Positions 35,618 through 45,201 of a stretch of DNA of 64,000 bases are shown here, one piece after another. This DNA comes from Epithemia pelagica (taxonomy: Eukaryota > Protista > Bacillariophyta): contig OX337230.1 of the NCBI GenBank assembly GCA_946965045.2, positions 310,001 to 374,000 on the forward strand. Reading direction: 5' to 3'. Position numbers and translations under genes: made by a program. Numbering within the stretch: position 1 is the first letter of the stretch; every line of letters begins with the position of its first letter. Below the pieces are notes generated by a model. It was not told where the DNA came from and made no database searches. It saw only the letters and a list, made by a program, of their open reading frames with translations.

Positions 35618-35820
35618 ATCTATGATTACATAATAGGAGTGACATGTTTCTCGTTCCATCCCCTAAAGATAGAACTTCTGTTTGTCGACAAGCCCCTGGT
35701 TGTGTCTGGTAACTCATGATAGAATATCTATGATAACATAATAGAAATGACATGTTTCTCGTTCCATCCCCTACAGATAGAACTTCTCTTGGTCAACAAA
35801 ACCTGAGTGTGTGGTAACTC
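35618..35820. repeat. Tandem duplication, period 108 bp
   Basis: ATCTATGAT.ACAT...GACATGTTTCTCGTTCCATCCCCTA.AGATAGAACTTCT...GGTAACTC at 35618 and 35726. Confidence 0.9.
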
Positions 35821-35880
35821 GCGAGAGAGAATACACACGTGTCTCCATCCATACAAATGCATGCACAAATACAGACAGAG

Positions 35881-38169
35881 CTATAATGCATTTGTTGTCG
35901 TACTCAGGGTCCGGTTCGTTCGAGGAACGTGTGGTGTACTGGGCCGTCCTCCTCCGGAACGACGAAAGGCTTCTGGTCCTCCCACTCCTACTTTCCGATG
36001 CACTACAGACACACTGGTGGTGGTACCACTCTTGTGGGTCGTACTCGTTTCGCTCGTGGCACTGGTCGCCGTAGCAGCATCGTCTGCTGTGGAGGTCGAG
36101 GTGGATGTGCGAGGAATACGAGACCGTCGTAACGTCGTAAGAGTCTTGTTCCGACTCGTTTTGTGGTTGGTAGGAGTCGTCGTTGTTGTGGTTGTCGTTC
36201 CAGTGCGTGTGGGTGTTTTGGATCCATACTTGGCATCCAACAAAAACTTTGGGGCCACAGGCACGGTCAAGGGACGTTGATGCCACGATCGTGTCGGAGT
36301 CTTGGCACTGCCACCTCCCACAGACGATCCACCTTGAGACGCCGTGGTGGAACGAGTCGTACTACTTCGTGCACTGGCTCGTTCGGCTGTGGCAAATCGA
36401 AAGGATTGAGGGCGGGTCGGAACAAAGTCGGCACCGTATCCTCGGGTCGGTGTCACGACCGAACTAGTGGTGGACGCCGCCGCCAACACACGACGAGATC
36501 GACTGGGCGTGGGAATGCCACTATTACTATTGGCCGATCGACCCGCCACACTGTGGTCCGTTTCCAATCGACGGGGAATCGATCGGGTGCGTGTGGGTGG
36601 TGTCCGCGTCGGCGTCAATCGATTTTGAGACGCAATCGTATTGGAACAGGTCAATTTGGGCGCCTGCGGTACAGTCAAGGGTTGAGACGATCGTTTCGGC
36701 GCCGGAAAGACCGCCGGTGATACGGGGGCTGTTGCTGCGGCGGCTTCTTGTTCGTCATGCCTTTCCTGATCCAATTGCTGCAAGGTGTTGCGCAAATAGA
36801 CACGAGCACGAGCTCGGGTTTGGGCTTCTTGAGCCGTAAAGCGACGAGGTGGGGGTGTTCGTGTACCCAAACTATTGGTCCGAGACGGTACGGGAGAGGC
36901 CGCCTTGCGTGCCTCATGATCCTTGAGTCGTTGTTCGGGTTGCGGACGAGCCATGGGTTTACTTCGCACTTGTACCACATTCATACTGCTTCGTACGGGT
37001 GTCGACCGACGGACGGTCGTTCCGGAAAAGGAGGCCGTTGGTTGGAGCAGGCGACTCGAAGGTGCAATCGGCTGGGGAATCTTGTTGTTAGCTGGGGCCA
37101 ACGGCGTAGTACTCGTCGGGTTGGCTGTCCGATTGTAGGGAGAGGGTGCTCGTCGTCCCGTGGTGTTGGCAGTGTTAGTGTTGAACACGGATTTGGCCAA
37201 GGGACGATGTTGTCGGGCCGGTCGAGGGGGTGAGGGTGGCGATGACGAAGAGGAGGACAAGAGGGTACAATCTTGCGGTGATGAATCCAACGGAATGGAC
37301 AGGTGTCGAATGGGAGGAGGGTTGGAATAACAGGCAGATGAGTCGGCTGCCGACTCGAACGAGGCCGCACGGGCAATCGGTTCTTGGTGGTGGTGGTGTC
37401 GTCGTTCCGGAGACGGTGATTTTTGCAACGCGCCTTCCAACCAAGCCGACAAATCATCGTCTTGAGAAACTGTAGTACCCGCAATGTTGACAACCTCCTC
37501 AGTAGGAACCACCAAGTGTTCGTTTTCGTGATGTGGGTCATCGTCTTGTGGTTGTTGTTGTTGGTGGTGCGGATGGTGGTAGTCCATCGAGTCATACTTT
37601 TTCTCTTCTTCTTCTTCGGCATTCTCGTGCCCCTGATAGTCTTGGAGGATGGGTCCTCGATGGTCTTCCTGTCTATTCGTACCTGCTGCATCCTTGTCAT
37701 TGGGAGTAACGCTGTCATCGTCAACGTCTCGAACCTGCGACGCTTGATCGTGAATCGACGACAGGGAATCGTCTGGATTCGCATCTTGCTCATACCGCCC
37801 TCCTTCGGGTCGTGGTGGTGGTTGAGATGTGGGTGTCACAAGGGCCGGTGCGGGTGCTTCTTCCCACAGGGGTGTTCTTCTTCGTGTAGCCGATTCCTTG
37901 GTATTTGTTGTTGTGGTGGTTATCGAGGGAGTATTTTGGTTATTGTTGTTATTGTGATTGGATTCGGCCAATTGATCTTGCAAGGCCCAAAATTTGGACA
38001 TGCGTTGCATTTGATCGTCATTGCGATGCGCATGCGCCGTCGTTGTGGAGGGTGGTGGTGCGGGCAAGGAGGAGGAACGAACCCCCTTTTGGTTGCTGCG
38101 GTACGGCACGGGACGTTCCTTGACGACAATGACCGACGTTGGAACCGCAAAGGAGGAGGAGTACGACAT
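35881..38169 (-). CDS. Low-complexity disordered protein, 762 aa, with TPX2-like motifs
   Basis: Long ORF. LTVPQAPKL, TRPQSFRFATAERA and LTVPVAPKF resemble TPX2-family repeats. Confidence 0.6.
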   Translation of the reverse strand: MSYSSSFAVPTSVIVVKERPVPYRSNQKGVRSSSLPAPPPSTTTAHAHRNDDQMQRMSKFWALQDQLAESNHNNNNNQNTPSITTTTTNTKESATRRRTPLWEEAPAPALVTPTSQPPPRPEGGRYEQDANPDDSLSSIHDQASQVRDVDDDSVTPNDKDAAGTNRQEDHRGPILQDYQGHENAEEEEEKKYDSMDYHHPHHQQQQPQDDDPHHENEHLVVPTEEVVNIAGTTVSQDDDLSAWLEGALQKSPSPERRHHHHQEPIARAASFESAADSSACYSNPPPIRHLSIPLDSSPQDCTLLSSSSSSPPSPPRPARQHRPLAKSVFNTNTANTTGRRAPSPYNRTANPTSTTPLAPANNKIPQPIAPSSRLLQPTASFSGTTVRRSTPVRSSMNVVQVRSKPMARPQPEQRLKDHEARKAASPVPSRTNSLGTRTPPPRRFTAQEAQTRARARVYLRNTLQQLDQERHDEQEAAAATAPVSPAVFPAPKRSSQPLTVPQAPKLTCSNTIASQNRLTPTRTPPTRTRSIPRRLETDHSVAGRSANSNSGIPTPSRSRRVLAAASTTSSVVTPTRGYGADFVPTRPQSFRFATAERASARSSTTRSTTASQGGSSVGGGSAKTPTRSWHQRPLTVPVAPKFLLDAKYGSKTPTRTGTTTTTTTTPTNHKTSRNKTLTTLRRSRIPRTSTSTSTADDAATATSATSETSTTHKSGTTTSVSVVHRKVGVGGPEAFRRSGGGRPSTPHVPRTNRTLSTTTNAL

Positions 38170-39502
38170 GGCAAATTCAAAAGGGGCCGTGCCAACCAGA
38201 AATCAAAAGGAAAAGCCAATAGCTGAATGAATCTGATTCAAGAGTGTTCAATCACAGAAATTATTGTAGGGGCAGATTTGGAACACAAATCTCGTTTCCA
38301 CACACTATCAATGGATAAATGAAGCTCGTTTGTTGTGTGACTTGTGAAGGAAGGAAAAAGCTCAAGGCTCGAGTTGGAAAACCACACAGTTGAAATATCT
38401 CGGGTGGGTTTCTTGGGTTGGGTTTTACGACAATCCGTGCCTCTTGTTTGGTTTTGTTTTTTAAGAAGTTGTTGTTGTTGTTAATGTTGCGGGACGTCCG
38501 TTTCAACCGTTCGAACGTATCGGGATCCACAACCCTCACTTCAACGAAAACAAACTCTCAATCTCGCTCTCTCTCGATCTCCCCTGCTCTGGATCGAAGG
38601 ATCGAGTGGAGTGTGTTGTCGTTCAATAGCGTGTCTCTCGCCCGAACCAATCTCTCTCTCTCTATGTCGCGCTGGTTCCAACCGTTGGTTCGTTTCAATG
38701 AGCGGGATGTTCCGAGACTCCGAACCAACGTACAAGTAGTAGTAATTGCTTGTCAAGAGGATTCTTTTTGTGTGTGTGCAACAGAGAAGAGAGAGCAACG
38801 AACCAAGCTTTCGATTCGCGCTTTACTGAAACTAGGTATTGGAGTCGCTCTCTCCTGCTCTCCACCACAATGAAAGAGAAGACGAAGGAAATGTATATGT
38901 ATGTGTATTGTCACTTTGGAAAAGGTACGGTTCAGAGAGAGTCCTTCTTTCTCATAGTCGTTGCCTCCAACGCGTGTGTGTGTGTGTTGTGTTTGTTCTG
39001 TGCGGGGGATACGACGAGACGCGGTGCCGAAAAAACTCGCGGCAGCCGTTGCCGCCGCCAACGACCAGTCCCGTCACGACCCAACCATCCGATGGGAGCA
39101 TCAATGATCGGCCGGCGTGTAGTCGCGTAAGAGACGCTGACTTCCCCTCGTTGGTGGGGAGTGGGTTTCCTCCTTGTTGTCCCTACCTATACTGTGGTCG
39201 TCTCTAGGAATCGAACGATCATTCCAGGATCCTCTTTCCAAAGCAATTTACCTATTGTAGATTGTAGTTGGACCAATCTTGGACTACGACGAGTTTGGGT
39301 AAGGTTACAATACTTACTTGCGCGCGCTCGTAAGAGCCTGGAGGGAATTTCTTACTCTAGTAGACAATAGTATAGTAGATGGATGGATAGAATGGTGGTG
39401 GTTCTGATCCAAAAAAGACTCTCTCTCTCTCTATCGTAGAAACCCATTCCAACTGTTGCTACTAGACTGCTTCTACTGCTACAGATACTAGAAGACAGTT
39501 TC

Positions 39503-41311
39503 TTACCGCGCCGACCCATGTCGTTGTTTGGAGGACTTGGTCTTGCCCATGCCCTGCTGCAATCGTTTTTGCAATTTGCGCGCGCGGTGCGTCGTCTTGG
39601 CTTGGGCCACTCGTTTGCGACTGACACCCACGGCGGATTGTTTGGGACCGCCCTTGTTGCTGTGGTGGTTGACGCCTCGGGGTCGTCGTTTCAAAGCCGC
39701 CGACTTGCTGCTGTGCTGGTTGTGGTGTTCCTTTGCGACAATGCGTCGCAATGCTGCGACGGCGGGAGGAACCGAGGATGCCTTGGAATGGGACGATTTG
39801 TTGTTCGTATTCTTCTTGTTGTTGGCGTTGCTTGTGTTGGCCGAGGATTCGGGGGCCGTCGTCGTCATCTTGTGGTTGTCTTTATTGTTATTGTTGTTGC
39901 GTTGTCGTGGTTTCTTTTTGTGCTTGTTTGTTTGCGGTTGACACACCAAGACACGAAGGGGTCGCTTGTGATAGACCACGCCATGCATGGTCCGTAATGC
40001 TTGTGCGACCAAGGCCTTGGTGGCAAACGACACGTAGCCAAAGCCTTGACAGACTTGGGTATGGGCATCCCGGACAATGCGCACCTGAGATATGTCCGTC
40101 GGCGACAAGGTCAATTGCAAGTGCTCGACAAACAAGCGTCGTATTTCTTCCTCGTCCGTCTGGACATGGGGCAAATTGCCGACAAAGACGGAGCGACTGG
40201 CATCCCAATCAGGTTTGTTGTTCGTTCTCGAGTCGGACGACGACGAGATAATCCCATCGACTCGGAGGGTTCGCGTGTGTGTCGGATTGGTGGGATCGGC
40301 CACGACGGTATTGTCGAGTTGCAACAATTGTCGTTTCCACTGGGCAATCGTTTCGGCGTTGACATTGTCGTGGGCCAAGACGACATAGGCACTCATACTG
40401 GCCTTGGTGTGGGCATTGACTTGGGCCGTGGTGACGGCCACTTTTTGGACAATGCCCCAATTCTGACTGGTCGACACCTTGACGCCGTCAGTGTTTGTGG
40501 CAATCGATCGCAAGCGAATCGAGGCAATGCGGAGCGGCGGAGGCAGTACTTCAGGCGAATTGTCATTGTCGTCGTTCTTGTCGTCATTGTTGTCCTCGCG
40601 ATTTTTGCGAGTTTGTTGGAGAATCCATTGGGTCAAGGATTTGCGCGTAAAGCCCAAGGGAACATTGCCCAAAAAGACGGTGCGTTCGTCGACCGATGAA
40701 GAATCTTCTTCTGTTTCTTGGTCGGTGGAAGTTGAGTCGAGTGTCGAGCTTGGTTTGGAATCTGTCATGATGGTATCCTCCTCCTCCTTGTGTGATGGAG
40801 TCGTTGCGTCCTCGCTAGACAGTGTGCGAGGACGTTTCTTGGTTGACTTGTTCTTCTGGTCGTTGTTGTTGTTGTCGTCGTTGCTGTTTTGTGGAGGTTG
40901 TGGTGCTGGTGTATCAAACAAGGAGGACCACGACGGAGCTACTGACGACGACAAGGAAGGAGTTGTCGTATCGGCAGCATTCTCTTTTGTGGCTTTGCTC
41001 TTCTTTTTCTTGTGCGTGTTGGTCTCGTTGGTGTTGTTGGTTGGCTGGTTGTTGTCGTCGGCCTCCTTCTCGTTGGTTGATTCTTGGCTGTTGTTGTCGT
41101 TGTCGTTGACAAGCGTCGTCGTTGTTGTTGTTGTTGAATCTCCAAAGATGGAGGCCATCAAGGAAGAAGACGAAGCAGGAGTCGACGACGACGACGACAT
41201 GATGATGGTAGTAGTGGTTGGTGTTGTCGTTGGATCGAATAAAGAAAACAAAAACTGTGGTTCTGATTTCACATGGTTGGTGGTGGGAGCCATGGAAAAA
41301 GGTGACGTCAT
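39503..41311 (-). CDS. Nucleolar two-RRM protein (RBM34/Nop12-like)
   Basis: RTVFLGNVP, SIRLRSIA, SAYVV, LRVD, SVFVGNLP and RIVRD...QGFGYVSF; basic C-terminal tail. Start codon uncertain. Confidence 0.8.
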   Translation of the reverse strand: MTSPFSMAPTTNHVKSEPQFLFSLFDPTTTPTTTTIIMSSSSSTPASSSSLMASIFGDSTTTTTTTLVNDNDNNSQESTNEKEADDNNQPTNNTNETNTHKKKKSKATKENAADTTTPSLSSSVAPSWSSLFDTPAPQPPQNSNDDNNNNDQKNKSTKKRPRTLSSEDATTPSHKEEEDTIMTDSKPSSTLDSTSTDQETEEDSSSVDERTVFLGNVPLGFTRKSLTQWILQQTRKNREDNNDDKNDDNDNSPEVLPPPLRIASIRLRSIATNTDGVKVSTSQNWGIVQKVAVTTAQVNAHTKASMSAYVVLAHDNVNAETIAQWKRQLLQLDNTVVADPTNPTHTRTLRVDGIISSSSDSRTNNKPDWDASRSVFVGNLPHVQTDEEEIRRLFVEHLQLTLSPTDISQVRIVRDAHTQVCQGFGYVSFATKALVAQALRTMHGVVYHKRPLRVLVCQPQTNKHKKKPRQRNNNNNKDNHKMTTTAPESSANTSNANNKKNTNNKSSHSKASSVPPAVAALRRIVAKEHHNQHSSKSAALKRRPRGVNHHSNKGGPKQSAVGVSRKRVAQAKTTHRARKLQKRLQQGMGKTKSSKQRHGSAR

Positions 41312-41639
41312 AATGACGTTTTACGAACAATTTACGGCAAAAGGATACAAAACAGAGAAATTAGATCAAATGCATTTGTTTTGACCAAATGTATCTTCCA
41401 AAATCCAAAATGTGAACAGTCAATTTCATCTTCATCACCCATTCGATTCTTCATCCGACATCAGGGTATACCAACGACGAACCATCACACACTAAGGATC
41501 ATGGCATACAAATACCAGTAGTTCATTGCAGTCTCATCCCTCAAAGAGAAGAAGAACCGTCCCAACAACAATGAAGGAAGGAACCGAACCAAGAAGCTAT
41601 CTCTAGTAAAGTGAACTAGATATTGTCCATCCCAGAATC

Positions 41640-44600
41640 ATGTCGTCGTCGTCGTCCCTTCGTCTCGTTCAATGCGTCAAAGTCCTTCCCCTCCTCCTGG
41701 TTCCCAATCGGATGGAACAGGAGGAACCCCCGAAACGGGACGACCGTCCAACAAACGATCCGGAACAACCACAACAACATCAAGAACAAGGCAATACTAC
41801 AACGAATCCTTCCACCCACCAAAAAGAGCACTTCCCAACGAACAAGGAAGACCACCACCACACAGTGGCCTCTCGAATTACGTCGTGGCATATCTCCTTG
41901 CGGAACCACCTGGAAGACACCAGTAACCCACCCTTGCCACGGTGGGACACGCTCCGTACCACAAGAAGAAGAAGGAGGAGGAACCCATCCACTACAAACC
42001 AACCACCAGAAACCGAGTCGTCCTTTGCCACCCTTCATGCTTGCATTCCTCGTGCATTGTGGTCGTGGATGACACCCGTGGTTGGTTCGAGACAACAACA
42101 GCGACAGCGACAAGCACACACCATCCAAGCACACGAATGGATGGAATGTGGTGTCGTGGCCTTGGCCTTGCATCTCGTATTTGATCATGATTCCTCCGGA
42201 AACGAGTCAGCGACTGCCTCCCTTCTTTCCTGGGATTGGAAGAATGACAACGAAACTGACGACGACAATGACGACGAAGATGCCGACCAACTCGAGTATT
42301 GGCAGACGGTAGCCCTCCGGCGACAGTGGTGGCATGCCTCCTGCTTGGCTCCTCACATTACGTGTTGGAAGCAATGGATTCGACTCTTGGTCCAAGTCGC
42401 CCGGCAGGTCGCCTATGTGCCAATTGTCCACCAACACGAGGAGGAGGACGACTGCGGCGACGATCAAGACGGCACCAAACGTCGTCGTATCACCGCCACA
42501 CACTTGCATCACTATGCGCAAACCGTGGTACCCACCTTGACGCGAGCAGAACAAGCTGTGGTAAAACGCCGTTTGAGTGATTGGATGCAACAGATTCACC
42601 AACACCAACACCAACAGTTAGGGCTCCTCCCCAATCCTTGTCTTCCCTCGGCCGTGTCCTCCTACGGTTCCTCCGATTCATCTCCTGGTTCCTGTTTGGC
42701 CTTGGTCCATGCCCTGACGGAATTGGCCGACTGGTGGCAGGAACAAGAACAATCCCTGGACGACCATGACCATGGCAATGACGACGACAAACCATCGCCA
42801 TCGCTACAACAACACGTCTTGTATTATGCCGTCTTGTTGCATCCCGAGGAATCGCGTCGATTGCCTCATTCCTGTCACCCCACCACCGTCTTGCAGGTTC
42901 ATCCTGCGGATGATTGCCGGACACAACACGGCAACAAAAACCACAACCACAAGGAGGACGCGAACCATGACACGAAACAAGGACCTGACACAACCGTCGC
43001 CGACGAGGAGGAGGGGGACACCCCAATAGCAATAAGAAGGACAGGATCGTCCCTGTTTCAAGTGCGGTTGTATCCCAAACCACAGTCGTCTTCTCAACCA
43101 CAACAACACTCACAACCACCAGTGGCAATTCCCAGCACGACAGCAATGACCAGCATTTGTCGCTTTGTGGGAGGACTCTGGAACCAGGAGGAGGAGGAGC
43201 CGCCACAGGACGATGCGGGCGTTGAAGCACGACAAGACCACATTTGGCATTGGACCGGACACGCGTGTCGGTGCATTCAATGTCATGTGGAATTGCTCCT
43301 TTCCTCCATGGATTCCTGCCAACAAACAACCACCACAACAACAAACATCATTACCACAAAGGACGAGCCGTCGTGGAGACGGCAATTGCGTGAGGTGTGG
43401 ACCATTCCCGAGTTGGTACAGTTGGGACGATGGTACTTGACACGACATGTCATGTTCCAACAGCAACAAGAACCACAACAACCAGAATCATTGCCAGCGG
43501 ACAAGTCTTCTTCTTCTTCCGTGACCACTACGAGTCTGGCGGTTCGTGCTCGACTCTTGTTGAAAACGGCCATTTACCACCAACCGGCGGATCCCTCCAG
43601 AACGACAGTATCATCATTATCATCAGTATCCTCATCCGTATCACCATTTTCGTTGTACGAGTATTGGGAGGCCTGGCATGCCTTGGGTGCCATTGCCTTG
43701 ATGGACCATGAATTTGTACAGGCACAATTCATTTGGGACCATGCACACCAACAACGACAACAACACCAACAAACGAGCCGAGATGAAACCAATCACTCGA
43801 GTATTCCAAAAGGATTGCAATTGCAATGGGACAAGTTACAAGCCTACCAGTATCTGGACCGTGCCACAGCATCTTTGTCCCCGCAGTCCTCCACAGGGTC
43901 CTTGGTGGAACAAGTGGTCCAACCCTGGGTCTATCGGTCCCGGACTGCCGTCGTTTCGTCCGAATCGTGTCGACAAGTTTTGGAATGGGCTACCGTGGGA
44001 GGTGGTGCATGGACTCGGGAACGACATTATGCGGTACCCACCTGTGACATTGCCGTTCATACGGTACCACCCTTGTTGGACTGGTACCAATCCTGGTTTC
44101 GGAAGACCCTCGAGCCACTCTTGAGGCAAGCCTTTTTGCCGCCTCATGGCAATTCCAATACCGACCACCAACCCTGCTTTTACACCCACGATGCCTTTGT
44201 GGTCAAGTACACGGCCCGAGAAGAAACAGCGAATGAGGACAAGGACGAGACAAATCAAACGAGCAACAACAACAACGACAACACCTATCTTCCCATTCAT
44301 GTGGACGAATCCACCCATTCCATTGTCTTGGCCTTGAACGACGGGTACGAGGGAGGCGGTACCTTTGTGGTAGCCAATGAGGACGACACTCGAGACGATT
44401 GTGTGATTCGGTTGGAAACGGGACAAGTGCTGTGTTTTCGAGGAGATTTGGTACGACATGGAGGAGAACCCGTGACACGAGGGACGCGGTATATTTTGGC
44501 CGCCTTTTTATACTACGATACAACCTCACGGGATGACCTGGAACAACAACAACAACAAGTCGAAGGAAGCACAAACAGGGCCTCATCCCAACGATTGCAG

Positions 44601-44729
44601 CAGCAAACGGCAGTGTCGAAAAAGAACGACTCGACAAAGCAAAAGAACAAGAAGCGATCCTTTCATGAAGCGGCCATATCCAACGACGGTAGTGGAAAAG
44701 AATTTTGTTTTGGATTCTCCATTTCCTGA
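41640..44729 (+). CDS. Large protein with C-terminal 2OG-Fe(II) oxygenase (prolyl/lysyl hydroxylase-like)
   Basis: DAFVVKY, LPIHVDES (HxD), YEGGGT and RHGGEPVTRGTRYIL; 1029-aa ORF divergent from the RBM34-like gene. Confidence 0.8.
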   Translation: MSSSSSLRLVQCVKVLPLLLVPNRMEQEEPPKRDDRPTNDPEQPQQHQEQGNTTTNPSTHQKEHFPTNKEDHHHTVASRITSWHISLRNHLEDTSNPPLPRWDTLRTTRRRRRRNPSTTNQPPETESSFATLHACIPRALWSWMTPVVGSRQQQRQRQAHTIQAHEWMECGVVALALHLVFDHDSSGNESATASLLSWDWKNDNETDDDNDDEDADQLEYWQTVALRRQWWHASCLAPHITCWKQWIRLLVQVARQVAYVPIVHQHEEEDDCGDDQDGTKRRRITATHLHHYAQTVVPTLTRAEQAVVKRRLSDWMQQIHQHQHQQLGLLPNPCLPSAVSSYGSSDSSPGSCLALVHALTELADWWQEQEQSLDDHDHGNDDDKPSPSLQQHVLYYAVLLHPEESRRLPHSCHPTTVLQVHPADDCRTQHGNKNHNHKEDANHDTKQGPDTTVADEEEGDTPIAIRRTGSSLFQVRLYPKPQSSSQPQQHSQPPVAIPSTTAMTSICRFVGGLWNQEEEEPPQDDAGVEARQDHIWHWTGHACRCIQCHVELLLSSMDSCQQTTTTTTNIITTKDEPSWRRQLREVWTIPELVQLGRWYLTRHVMFQQQQEPQQPESLPADKSSSSSVTTTSLAVRARLLLKTAIYHQPADPSRTTVSSLSSVSSSVSPFSLYEYWEAWHALGAIALMDHEFVQAQFIWDHAHQQRQQHQQTSRDETNHSSIPKGLQLQWDKLQAYQYLDRATASLSPQSSTGSLVEQVVQPWVYRSRTAVVSSESCRQVLEWATVGGGAWTRERHYAVPTCDIAVHTVPPLLDWYQSWFRKTLEPLLRQAFLPPHGNSNTDHQPCFYTHDAFVVKYTAREETANEDKDETNQTSNNNNDNTYLPIHVDESTHSIVLALNDGYEGGGTFVVANEDDTRDDCVIRLETGQVLCFRGDLVRHGGEPVTRGTRYILAAFLYYDTTSRDDLEQQQQQVEGSTNRASSQRLQQQTAVSKKNDSTKQKNKKRSFHEAAISNDGSGKEFCFGFSIS

Positions 44730-45201
44730 TCATGCCGTGAACGACACTCAACTCTTTGTACAGCGACTGCGCTAGGCAGTCATACGTCGCGCACTTGGTG
44801 ACTTGTTTGGAGCTACAGGAACATCGATTTGAGTCTCTCGATGGGGCCTATAACAGACACGCTGATATGTAAAGTGCGCATGCAAATAATAGCTAGTAGC
44901 GCTAGAGAGAGGGTTAGGAGAAAGCAATCTGTACGTTTTCATTTCTCAATCATTCGTCATTTTCCAACAATGACAAAGCAAACCACTTCTTTCGCATGAC
45001 TACTCGTTGAGGTCTCCATTGTGGTGGAATCCATCGAGTCGTTTGGTTTTGGCCGCAGGCATTCGGCTTGTCCAAGAAAAATGAGCCACATTGTGTGGTT
45101 TGTTTGGGTGCCACACAAAAGGGACCACTGTGTAGCAGCTCCCTAGTAGACGGGTGGTGTTGGTGTTGTAACAAACTCATTCTCTCTCTCTCGTCTTTTG
45201 A

